Positions 39,485 through 51,811 of a DNA stretch of 60,000 bases are shown here, piece after piece. The stretch comes from Laetmonice hystrix (lineage: Eukaryota). Every line of letters starts with the position of its first letter. Within the stretch, counting starts at the first letter, position 1. The notes under the pieces are model-generated. The model searched no databases, had not been told where the DNA came from, and worked only from the letters and a program-made list of their open reading frames with translations. The position numbers were made by a program, and so were the translations under genes. Where the stretch lies: assembly GCA_965235115.1 (NCBI GenBank), contig OZ249436.1, positions 7,938,001 to 7,998,000 on the forward strand, written 5' to 3'.

Positions 39485-40132
39485 TATTCCTTGTATAAAA
39501 TCACACGATAACTTGTACATTAGGTAGCATGGTATAGTCATAGTGTGTATTTAACTCATGACGTAAAAATGTAAATCATTGATCTCAGATAGTAATACGC
39601 CCCCCAAACGGTAGTCTGGCACGTTATGATACTGTCTTCTTGTCTCCGAGATGTGTGGCTTGGTCGATCGAAGAAGTTAAACTGCGCACCATACAGTTAG
39701 CTGCGATCTGTCATCGGACGGTACATGCCATCAGATGGCTGCATCAATTCATACAGTACCATTAAATCAATGCTAGCAGCACGCTGGCAGGCCTCATTCC
39801 TCCCACGACGGGCCTTTTGATAATTTGGTAGATACGAGGGGTTATGGAGTCGTTTTGTCATTAAATTGACTTGAGTCGGCAACTTTTATCGGCGCCCCTA
39901 TTTTGGATTGGGTTCAGTAGGTCTTACGAAGCACGCAGCGTCGGCTTGTTGGGCCGGGCCTCCGTAAAACGAGTTTAATGGAATCACAGCACAATGGCCA
40001 CCCTGCTCGCCATTCTTCTCCGGTCTGTGATTTTCAGAATGACGTCTTGCTGTCTCTCAAGGATCCCAATTGCCCAGCGCAGATTAACGGGGGATCGTCT
40101 GATAGAATCAATGCCCCATTCAGCGGACGAGG

Positions 40133-40620
40133 CGCCCGTCATGTTGTTCGTACGCCCGTCATGTTGTGGGTACGGTCGTCATGTTGTGGGCACGGCCGTC
40201 ATGTTGTGGGTACGGCCGTCATGTTGTGGGCACGGTCGTCATGTTGTGGGTACGCCCGTCATGTTGTGGGTACGCCCGTCATGTTGTGGGTACGCCCGTC
40301 ATGTTATGAGTACGGCCGTCATGTTGTGGGAACGGCCGTCATGTTATGAGTACGGCCGTCATGTTGTGGGTACGGCCGTCATGTTGTGGGTACGGCCGTC
40401 ATGTTGTGGGTACGCCCGTCATGTTGTGGGTACGGTCGTCATGTTGTGGGTACGGTCGTCATGTTGTGGGTATGCCCGTCATGTTGTGGGTACGGTCGTC
40501 ATGTTGTGGGTACGGCCGTCATGTTGTGGGTACGGCCGTCATGTTGTGGACACGGCCGTCATGTAGTGGGCAGGACCGTCATGTTGTGGGTACGGTCGTC
40601 ATGTTGGAGGTCTGGCCGTC
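40133..40620. repeat. Minisatellite, 20-bp unit x~24
   Basis: Unit CGTCATGTTGTGGGTACGGC. Confidence 0.98.
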
Positions 40621-40846
40621 TGATCAGCGATATTTTAAGTCACATTAGTCGGTCGTTTGACCGTCCGAAGGACGCCCGGTTGGGAAATGCCAGACGTGCA
40701 TCAACCCCCCTCCGCCGGGGGTCATCAGCCCCTCTCCGCAAGCAAGGAAGAAAAAGAGTATTCCTGTAATTGTATAAATTTATGGAAGCTTCCTCATTTT
40801 ACTATCGTAACTTCTTTATCGGTCTGTCTGTCTGTCTGTCTCTACC

Positions 40847-40995
40847 GAGTGGCGGATCCAGCGGGGGGGGGGGGGGGGGGGCTTTGGGGGCTTAAGCCCC
40901 CAACCCCAGCTAACTCCAGGGTTATCATTTTTTAGTGTGTCTATACATACATCAAGCCCCCCCCCCCCTATTGCAACATCCTGGATCCGCCCTTG
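40847..40995. mobile_element. Small MITE with GGCGGATCCAG termini
   Basis: GAGTGGCGGATCCAG ... CTGGATCCGCCCTTG, with an internal G-run/C-run. CTACC flanks both sides (40842-40846, 40996-41000). Superfamily uncertain. Confidence 0.7.
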
Positions 40996-41078
40996 CTACC
41001 TGTCTCTCACTCTGGCTCTCTCGCTCTAACAAATATATGAATTCACAAAGTTACTGCTTATAAAGTGGCGTACATTCA

Positions 41079-43110
41079 TACAAACTGTCCAGGTTACGGT
41101 CGTCCGTCACAGAACGTTGTGGACACGTTATGTAAATGTACAAACTGTCCAGGTTACGGTCGTCCGTCACAGAACGTTGTGGACACGTTATATAAATGTA
41201 CAAACTGTCCAGGTTACGGTCGCCCGTCACAGAACGTTGTGGACACGTTATATAAATGTACAAACTGTCCAGGTTACCGTCGCCCGTCACAGAACGTTGT
41301 GGACACGTTATGTAAACTGTACAAACTGTCCAGGTTACCGTCGCCCGTCACAGAACGTTGTGGACACGTTATGTAAATGTACAAACTGTCCAGGTTACCG
41401 TCGCCCGTCACAGAACGTTGTGGACACGTTATGTAAACTGTACAAACTGTCCAGGTTACCGTCGCCCGTCACAGAACGTTGTGGACACGTTATGTAAATG
41501 TACAAACTGTTCAGGTTACGGTCGCCCGTCACAGAACGTTGTGGACACGTTGTGTAAACTGTACAAACTGTCCAGGTTACGGTCGCCCGTCACAGAACGT
41601 TGTGGACACGTTATGTAAATGTACAAACTGTCCAGGTTACGGTCGCCCGTCACAGAACGTTGTGAACACGTTATGTAAATGTACAAACTGTCCAGGTTAC
41701 GGTCGTCCGTCACAGAACGTTGTGGACACGTTATGTAAATGTACAAACTGTCCAGGTTACCGTCGTCCGTCACAGAACGTTGTGGACACGTTATGTAAAT
41801 GTACAAACTGTCCAGGTTACCGTCGCCCGTCACAGAACGTTATGGACACGTTATATAAATGTACAAACTGTCCAGGTTACCGTCGCCCTTCACAGAACGT
41901 TGTGAACACGTTAAATGTAAATGTACAAACTGTCCAGGTTACCGTCGCCCGTCACAGAACGTTGTGGACACGTTGTGTAAATGTACAAACTGTCCAGGTT
42001 ACCGTCGTCCGTCACAGAACGTTGTGGACACGTTATATAAATATACAAACTGTCCAGGTTACGGTCGCCCGTCACAGAACGTTGTGGTCACGTTATGTAA
42101 ATGTACAAACTGTCCAGGTTACCGTCGCCCGTCACAGAACGTTGTGGACACGTTATGTAAATGTACAAACTGTCCAGGTTACCGTCGTCCGTCACAGAAC
42201 GTTGTGGACACGTTATATAAATGTACAAACTGTCCAGGTTACGGTCGCCCGTCACAGGACGTTGTGGACACGTTATATAAATGTACAAACTGTCCAGGTT
42301 ACCGTCGTCCGTCACAGAACGTTGTGGACACGTTATATAAATGTACAAACTGTCCAGGTTACCGTCGTCCGTCACAGAACGTTGTGGACACGTTATATAA
42401 ATGTACAAACTGTCCAGGTTACGGTCGCCCGTCACAGGACGTTGTGGACACGTTATATAAATGTACAAACTGTCCAGGTTACCGTCGTCCGTCACAGAAC
42501 GTTGTGGACACGTTATGTAAATGTACAAACTGTCCAGGTTACGGTCGCCCGTCACAGAACGTTGTGGACACGTTATGTAAATGTACAAACTGTCCAGGTT
42601 ACGGTCGCCCGTCACAGAACGTTGTGGACACGTTATATAAATGTACAAACTGTCCAGGTTACCGTCGCCCGTCACAGGACGTTGTGTACACGTTATGTAA
42701 ATGTACAAACTGTTCAGGTTACGGTCGCCCGTCACAGAACGTTGTGGACACGTTATGTAAACTGTACAAACTGTCCAGGTTACCGTCGCCCGTCACAGAA
42801 CGTTGTGGACACGTTATGTAAATGTACAAACTGTCCAGGTTACGGTCGCCCGTCACAGAACGTTGTGGACACGTTATGTAAATGTACAAACTGTCCAGGT
42901 TACGGTCGCCCGTCACGTTGTGGACACGTTATGTAAATGTACAAACTGTCCAGGTTACGGTCGTCCGTCACAGAACGTTGTGGACACGTTATGTAAATGT
43001 ACAAACTGTCCAGGTTACCGTCGCCCGTCACAGAACGTTGTGGACACGTTATATAAATGTACAAACTGTCCAGGTTACCGTCGCCCGTCACGTTGCGGAC
43101 ATGTAAATGT
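41079..43110. repeat. Minisatellite, 60/61-bp unit x~34
   Basis: Unit TACAAACTGTCCAGGTTAC(C/G)GTCG(C/T)CCGTCACAGAACGTTGTGGACACGTTAT(G/A)TAAATG; 1-nt insertions shift the frame. Confidence 0.98.
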
Positions 43111-44072
43111 TCAATACCTGCGTTGAGACCATGACCCGGGACCGATCACTTACCAATTGATTGCTGTAATCTATCTGTCTGAGATAAAGAACTGCCTCCT
43201 GTGGCCTTAAGTCACCCGTGCTCGGTCGTAATGTCCACAAATAATATTTACGAGTCATCCCAAGCATTGTTATTACGTTATTCAAGGCCTCTCGCACATT
43301 TAATCGGCATTTTTTAAACTGTTCGATTGAGCTGAAGTCTGTTTGCAATTTCTGACATTGACAGAAATACACTTGTTAGTAGACTCATATATTGTTCATG
43401 AGTAGGTGCATCATGTCCACTGCTGATGGCCAATAATATTTTTGACTGCTTCTGTTGAATTTGGTGCCTAATGTAACGTTAAGATCGAGTGAGGAGTTCG
43501 ACATGACTAAGTGGTCGTACCTGAACGCTGATCACCTGCTCGGCACGCACAGGTAAGTCTGTGGCGTTCCCACGGGCGTTCCGAGTGAGTAGTGAACCTC
43601 ACGCCCGCCTCCGTCTCTCTAGTGCGTCGCGATTGATCTAATAGACCTCCCCATACCTGACAATGGACAGATCTTGTAGCTTGCCACATTTAAACCGACA
43701 AATCGATATCTGACTACAGGGAAACGAGTGGCGACATGTGTAAGGTTGTGCCACCCGGCCCCAGCGCCACCGTCGCCGCGTCGGCGAGCCGCTAGCAAAC
43801 CGCCTTTTCCCTAAACTACTCATTCGAGTCTGGGCAGGCAGCCACTGTCGGTAGTAGACCTGTCATGGGGTCGTTGTGACGGCGGCGCTCAGTCGGCACG
43901 CTTCCCGTGCTTGGAGTGAGTGGCATGGAGTCGTCATAGCGCACCCGTGGACGGCATCTGACGTTGTGAACACGGTGGGTTACCAGGACTGTATGTGGAT
44001 GCACTATAAACAAGAGAGGAGCAGCAAGGCATCGATTGGTGGGCGGCTGCAGGAGATTCAGGACTACTACCG

Positions 44073-44075
44073 GTA

Positions 44076-44127
<52 letters not shown>

Positions 44128-44181
44128 AAATAAGTATGAGTAATAGTAGTAGTAGTGGTAGTGGTAGTAGTAGTAGTAGTG

Positions 44182-44254
<73 letters not shown>

Positions 44255-44296
44255 TAGTAGTAGTAGTAGTAGTAGTACCTTGTAGTAGTGGTAGTA
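44073..44296. repeat. (TAG)n microsatellite, interrupted
   Basis: Long GTA/TAG run with TGG interruptions. Confidence 0.98.
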
Positions 44297-44370
44297 CGAT
44301 ATTCATAAATAACGTGGCGAGCAGCAAACATACACCCTGGAAGAAACGTTTAATTCAAACCAGATATCTG

Positions 44371-44397
44371 GTCTCTGTCTCTGTCTCTGTCTCTCTG

Positions 44398-44432
<35 letters not shown>
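44371..44432. repeat. (TCTCTG)n/(TC)n microsatellite
   Basis: Directly visible. Confidence 0.95.
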
Positions 44433-45470
44433 ACATCACCCCCTTGTCTGCCATTGTTTAGCGGCGGTGAGAAGAGCGCGCGCTGGGTGACATGCAGAAG
44501 TCACCAAGCCGCCCTTGAGTACACACGGGTAAGACATACCACGTGTGCGTGCAGGGACCTGCCCTTCCTCTCGTTCAGTCGGTTGGGCCACTTTGTCTTC
44601 TGCCATTAGAACCATTATTTCATAGGCGGTTCTGTGTCACGCGATCTTTGGGTGGTATTGGATAGATAAGCTAGCGTGCGGACGAGGTTTAAGTGCGGCG
44701 GGGAGGCGAAGTCCGTGGCCGCACATCTCCCTGAGGGGCTGGGCGTCGCGGAAGTCTTTCCGCGCTGAGACATAGTCCGATGACAGACCGCCACCTAGCG
44801 GCGAGCAGTGCGCTGCCCTCTTGGCGAGCGAAGTCCGGGCCACTACACGACGCGACCGGCAATTACTGCCCGACGCGACGATCAATCATGGCGACATAAC
44901 AGGATCCGCCGGTCTCCGTTACCCTCACATCATTAGGGCGCCACCTGGTGCCAGCAAATGGTAATACCAGCGACGGAATCGACGCCACCGTCTCCGCACG
45001 ATCTTTGAGAACCGTTGTATGGTGATACTTAAGTTTGAGAGTGAAGTCTGTACTATCAGAATGTACTGAGAATGACCTGCACAGATTCACATGCGTGTCT
45101 TCATGCACGCATGCATGCCTGTATATTTCTTGAAGGTTACACGGTACATTACACCGTCTTACATTGTGTCTTCACGATCTCTGGCCCCCAGTCTATAGGC
45201 CTACTACCTCACGTGGCACAAAAAAAAGGCGCAGTTCCAAACAAAAAATTCCACCTAGAGCCGGCGGGGGGGGGGAGGAGGGGGTGACCTGCATTACTTA
45301 ATTACCCGGGGTTTTGGTGATGTATTCATCCAGCCGCCCCCTCACCTTCAACCCCCAACCCCCAGCCAACCTCATAAACAAACTAAGCGCCCCTCGACCA
45401 ATGATTCATGAGAGCTCCGGATCTCGCGCCGGAAGTTGCCAAGCGTTCTGGTTTGGTGCCGTCCACGTGT

Positions 45471-45536
45471 TGATTGGTCCGCAATGATTTCATTTGCATA
45501 GAGCAGAAACGCATGCGCAGAAGGCGATCCAATCAG
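45471..45536. promoter_or_regulatory. Promoter/enhancer-like motif cluster
   Basis: TGATTGG (45471), octamer ATTTGCAT (45492), NRF1-like CGCATGCGCA (45510) and CCAATCAG (45529) within 66 bp. Confidence 0.4.
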
Positions 45537-48500
45537 TGGCCGGGATCGGTGATTGAGAAGCACGGTGGGGTCACTCCCCAGGGTCAGTGTGTGCACTGAC
45601 GTCGGCCAGTCTAATTACACGCAAGGTTCATCTAGTCGCCGTTAGAGGGCCACCGGAGTCGTGACAGAATGGGGTCTAAGCACGCAGACAAAACACTGAT
45701 ATGGATCACTCGTGCAAGCAGCCAGGCCCAGCTGTACTGGGGCTTTGTTATATTTACAGGCGAACTGGCAGCCGTTTACTGTGGATCTCTGTGGGAATTA
45801 GTTTCGGCTGAGTGCGGTCCACTGTGCAAGTCACCCTGGAGAGCTTGTCACAATGGAGAAGCAAGGAATTAAGGGAGTTTACGTTTGGAAAACTCCATGA
45901 GGAATATAATACAGAGTGGGGGAAACAAACTAAAACTGCATTCAAATGCCAAGCATGCCCCCACTTTGCTGGATATTTGTCCTCGCATTATTCTGAAATG
46001 TTTCTTCTTAGGCGACTATTTGGGTTACCACCGTTCGTAAATGTTTTAGCTTGAAATACTATAGGGCATCACTATGTCATTATTTTCCCTGAATATTTCC
46101 ACTTTAAATATTATATTTGGTTTGTTATCGTGCTTACTCCAATATTCGCATGACGCCATCTTTAACTCCTTCCTCAAACTAGCTCCTTTTTGGTTGGACC
46201 TGGTCTGTCTTCGGAGTTGTGACCGAAGGGGACATTTGGAAAGCCAATCACACGGAATAAGTTATAGATGAGCCGGATAGATTCGACAGTTGATGCGTAC
46301 AGAGTCAACATTATAAATGGTGTGGGGATACAATCTATTTGAGAGTCAAATCACAGGGATACTTGTGACATCATTATAATGATGTGGGTCAGGGGGTACT
46401 CTCCAGCGGTGTGTGGGGTGTGTGGGTGTTGGGAGGGGGTAACTACTACACCGCCAGCAGTAGGTGTGAGGGGTGTTTGAGGGGGGTAACCATCACACCA
46501 CTAGCAGTAGGTGTGGGGGGGGGGGGGGGTAGCAATCAGTGAAAAGCGGACCATGTCCACCAGGCTACATAACACACTTGATCGAGCAACGCTTCGGCAA
46601 AGAAGTCTTATTTGCTGGCGTCGTGACAGCTGTGAGCGGGCCGATGTGTGCATGGTAAGCAACGCCGCTCAACGCCACAATAGACGGTTGATCGGCTGTT
46701 TGGGCATTAGCGATGGACGTGGGGCCTGGTAGGCTGCGATAAGTGAACGGAGGCCGCCCCTGGGGGACCCTGCCGCCCGCCCGCCACCCGCTGCCCGACC
46801 CGGCACGGCCGCCCGACCGTGCTCCAATCTCCCTGGCGTGCCTCACCCAGACCCAACAACAATCCCCAACCCTGTCATCACGGACGAATGAAGTGAGTTT
46901 TCCTCACCACTCTCCCAAACTGCCACTCCCCCACACTCCCGACCCCAAACCTCCTCCGAGGGCCTGACCTCTTAGCTTACCATTATGCCACAGCAGCGAG
47001 AAATCAAATCACCGCGGTCCATTTTAAATCTAATATGTTGCTTTGAGCTTGCAATTTTTCGATTATGACAATAGAAATCCAATAGGAGTGTCAGTCGGCG
47101 ATTGCAGCTTTGTCGACCGGAGATAATGACTCGTAATGGGATTTGGCCGCCAACACACCGATGGCTCATTTGGCCCTAGTGATTAAATTAAAAATCAATT
47201 TATTAATCATGCGTTTGTGTGGTGCGAGGCGCGGCCTTGGAGGGGAGGGGAGGTGAGGGGAGGGGAGGGGAGGTGCACTATTTGCAGTCTGGGAGGAGGG
47301 TTGGCCAGTCGGAGGGCCGTTATCGCGCCCACGGCCTATCTAGTGGTCGCACACGGCGGCCGACAAGCCCTAGCCACCGGCTGCCACAGCCTAGCACAGC
47401 CCAGCCAGCCCCCTGGACCCTCCCGTCTCTAAACACGTCTAATTACAAAACGTGTATCACTCACTGCCAGTAGGACTTCTTCACCCGAGTACACCTATTT
47501 ATTGGATCCTCCCAGGCAGAAAATTAATGGAAAAAAGTCACCCACCGACGCGTCGCCTACCCGTCCCTTATCGCCAAATCCGCTGACAGGCGGAAGCTTG
47601 CCAATGTGATTAATATTGCAAACGTGACGTTACGTCATATCTTATACGTCATGGAAGCCATTCGAATAAGACCTTTCTCGTCCTACTTCACAAGCGCTGT
47701 CAATGGACATGGAAATGATTTCAAGGCGACTGCTTTTGATTAGAACGCGCGGTCCTCCCGATCTATATTCTCACTGCGAGCCGTGCACGCCGGTTAGACA
47801 GCTAATTTTGCTTTCTTGTCATGGCGACGAGCGAGTCGCATAGTGCCGATTTTCATTACCCCCAAATCGCTACAAAAACACCTTGTTGCCAGCCTGCGGT
47901 CGAACACCCATTCTCAGCTCATATGAAAGAGGGAATTACTGCTGCCATGACAACGTTACGTCGCCGTCAAAGACGTCTGTTGCCGCGTCGGTTGTCATTG
48001 GGAATGCGACATGAAGCATTGTGGGAAGGGTGCTCGCGTGGTCCTGCGATTGGCCCAGTCAATAGCCACGGAGGGTCATCCATTTCAAGTTGGTGTCCGG
48101 CCAGAATGTCAATGTGGTCGTTACGCATACATTTGGACGCATATTGTATGGGACTAACTTACAGAGCCCATTGAATAATGTATCTGGCCAGGAACGACCT
48201 CAGAATCAGGCTGGGCAATCACACACAAACGATATTTTAAGTGTGTCTATTGACATCGTAGTGCCCATGAAAATTCGGCCATGGACAGAAACAAGGGCCA
48301 TTAAAATATTCCATTCGATTGGTGATTAGCGTGCCATGTAGACATTGAAAGCCCTGTGTTTAATATAACTCACGGGTGGTAATCGTAAACTACGTACAAT
48401 GGACTATGCCCCCCCCCCCTCCCCCACTGAGGACAACTATTAGATCCTAGTATCCCATGTAATGTAAGGCATGGATTTATCGATTAACTGAGCACCTTTC

Positions 48501-50049
48501 TACACTTACAACACGTGTATTCAGAAGTAAGAAAGATTCATGTTATAGGGTGCGCAAGTGGGTCAAGAAAAAAACATGAGAAAACACTAGAACAGCCGGG
48601 TTTGGTCCAATAACGTCTTTGTAATCTCGTTACTTTAACATTGCGAATCCCATAGGAGCCAGTAACTGTCAACTTCTAAATATTATAATTTTATGGTTAG
48701 GGCGCTTTCACTTTAGTACCTTACAAAACAAGAATACCAACCTGTTTTACGTATAAAAGAATACTTTTCATTTTTTAGATGTCAAAATTGACAAAAATCT
48801 GGCCAATGTTTGAAAGTATGTTTTTTCATCCTATGTTAAACCAATGGACGTAACAATTGTGACGTAACAATCGTTTAGGGACCAAAGTGACGCGTTTTGA
48901 GGCTCTTTCTGCTCATTTACATGTCAAGGACGCGAGACCTGCACTCCCTACGGGCATACTTTTAATCGTCTGGCTGATTGGATACCTCCGTAGATACCTG
49001 GTACAAAGGTACTTTTTGTTATACTACTTACAATACAACACCCGCTACGAAGATACATTTTAATATACTACTTACAATGCGTCCCTTTCAAGTGGGGGGT
49101 TTAATTTGTTTCTACATGATGCGGTCTGATGGAGAAATGAGTTGGTTGGTTGTGAAAGGTTTGAATATGATTTATTTAGACCTACTAGATCCTGGTATGC
49201 TGGCCGATACTGCAGACAGACCTTGTTTAGGAAACTATCACATGCAGTTCATCGATTGCTCTGGCAAGCAGGTGCTGCATAGAAGATAAACACAGGAACA
49301 AATTCTAAATTGATGGACAATGTAAGTCTGGTTGTGCAAATTGCATGACATAGTGATGTAAGTTGGTGAAGGCCTGCATGACGAGATACGTGAGCAGGCC
49401 TGGTTCACAGGTTGGTGTACACAGGGTCCTCCTGTCGGCTGCTGAGACCCGTCAATAGTACCAGTCTCCGCCGATAGGGACAACAGACCGGAAGTTGAGT
49501 TAGGGACGACTGGCAGGGTCGGACGCCAGGTCGGACGTGGACACAGGTCAGCCCCACTGACCAGTGGTCAGTGCTGTCAGTCAAGGTCATCGACTGCAGC
49601 GTCTGGGACCGCGAGGATCCCCATGGGAACCACAGGCAGGTCGAGACGGCATCCTTCTGTCGGCGGCGATCTGTTTCATCCATAAAGATGTTGGTTCTAA
49701 TGATAAGCGTTGAGAAATGAATAGTGCAGAGGGAACTTTTGACAGTGGATTCCTAGATAAAATGACAGGGGAATCCGCGGTCAATCAAAGTGATACCAGG
49801 GACTTCCAGCTAATATTCCCTCCAGTTATACATAGATACTGCAGTCAATATCAGAATCATTGTAAGAATTGGTATGATATACAACTCATGACTTTAAGTT
49901 TGTCGCTGTCATATATAACATTATATTATAGCTAGGAACATGCAGCGTCCCAATCAGTCAGATTGGATGGCGCTCCCCTGGTTGATCATGTATATCATTA
50001 TATCATAGTCACTTCAGCTGATATATAAATGACAAACGGGGATAGCACA

Positions 50050-50435
50050 ATGAAAAATACTAGTACATGTAGGCTATGTAAATACATGTAGGCTATGAAA
50101 ATACTAGTACATGTAGGTTATGTAAATATATGTAGGCTATGAAAATACTAGTACATGTAGGTTATGTAAATACATGTAGGCTATGAAAATACTAGTACAT
50201 GTAGGTTATGTAAATACATGTAGGCTATGAAAATACTAGTACATGTAGGTTATGTAAATACATGTAGGCTATGAAAATACTAGTACATGTAGGTTATGTA
50301 AATACATGTAGGCTATGAAAATACTAGTACATGTAGGTTATGTAAATACATGTAGGCTATGAAAATACTAGTACATGTAGGTTATGTAAATACATGTAGG
50401 CTATGAAAATACTAGTACATGTAGGTAATGTAAAT
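50050..50435. repeat. Minisatellite, 44-bp unit x~9
   Basis: Unit ATGAAAATACTAGTACATGTAGGTTATGTAAATACATGTAGGCT, built from two related TACATGTAGG sub-units. Confidence 0.97.
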
Positions 50436-51537
50436 CGGTTTAATATATCCATGACGTTGGGCAGATCACGAACAAACTTCTGATCAATTACCGATTGGTC
50501 TCTCACTTGAAAATACCACTCAAGTGTCATTTTGCCACATACTTCAATTAGGAAATTACTAAAGTTAATTCAGGATGATCCAGGATCTAAGAGTCCGAGG
50601 ACTATATTTCGACTCGGGAATAAAAAAAAAGTTAGAAAAAGCTGGTCTAATGACCATGCTTCTGAGTGCTCCACTAACCGCCCTGGAGGAGAGCGTCCGC
50701 GACCTGCAGGCCACTCCTCCAGGCTACGTCCACGTGCTACTTCTGTAGGGCCTTCATCGAGAGTAACGCCTCGCACTCAACCCTCTCACTCCTGGCTACA
50801 CGCCCCTGGAGAGCCCATAGAGAACCACTGGAGGAGGTAACGATTATGTCCCTGACTGACTGACCCTCCCCCTTGACCCCTCTGGCGTCTCAAACAGAGG
50901 GGTGCTGGAGGAGGGCACATTGCCCAACCCTCCAGCGTCAAGTAGCCCCGCCGACCTTCTCCTTGCCAGAGTCACCTCCCCCGCCCACCGGGAATGAGGT
51001 ATGATAGGGTATTGGTGGAACACACTGAATACTATTGTAGACCGAGTAAATGTCTGTGTACATGTATACGCTGGATGTGTCTCTGGTATGGAAACTTCTT
51101 GGAGAAGTCTTCAAACCATTACACGTATATATTACGTGTATAACTACCGTACATTTAACCTACACCCGTTCCCCGCCCCCTCTGCATGGGTCGATGCATT
51201 AATGTAGTTTAAATTGGTTTTAGAAATACTTGTGTGGCTGCGAGAGCTGTGTACCAATTGGAATCATGGGGACCGGGAGTGGAATAATTGAGGGCGAGAG
51301 TCGGTTTGCTTTAGCTGTGGCTGTTTGACTGCTATGTTTGGTGACCGCAATACGGCTATTGGATCTGGCCAGATGTGTCCCGCTGTGTGTACATTGTCAA
51401 TAGGACAGTCTCTGTGGTGTCAGGTTGGTCGAACACCGCCGGGGTCTGGCCGACCACGGGACACTAATCATTATAAAAAAAATACAATGTACATAGAGCA
51501 CGGGCCACGGGTGGGGTGGGTTTGGTAAGATAGGGGA

Positions 51538-51716
51538 CAGAGAGAGAGAATGAATGAGAGAGAGAGAATGAGAGAGAGACAGAGAGAGAGAGAATGAGAG
51601 AGAGAATGAGAGAGAGAATGAGAGAGAGAATGAGAGAGAGAGAGAATGAGAGAGAGAGAGAGACAGAGAGAGAGACAGAGAGAGAAGAAGAAGAAGAAGA
51701 AGAAGAAGAAGAAGAA

Positions 51717-51748
<32 letters not shown>

Positions 51749-51811
51749 TGAAGAAGAAGAAGGAGAAGGGGGAGAAGGAGAAGAAGGAGAAAAGGAGAAA
51801 AGGAGAAGGAG
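51538..51811. repeat. Polypurine tract: (GA)n, (GAGAGAGAAT)n, (GAA)n
   Basis: About 270 bp of almost pure A/G on the plus strand. Confidence 0.97.

Noticed and set aside
37191..40769. Periodic ORFs, including an LRR-looking LESLKSLEL pattern
   Set aside because: They derive from 42-, 33- and 20-bp minisatellites, with near-identical DNA units and frame-breaking indels.
41065..43126. Long ORFs up to 485 aa, including Cys-rich CKCTNCPG repeats
   Set aside because: They are translations of a 60-bp tandem unit, open in several frames on both strands and broken by 1-nt indels, with no non-repeat coding context.
43816..44490. Poly-Y, poly-T and poly-V ORFs
   Set aside because: Translations of the (TAG)n and (TC)n microsatellites.
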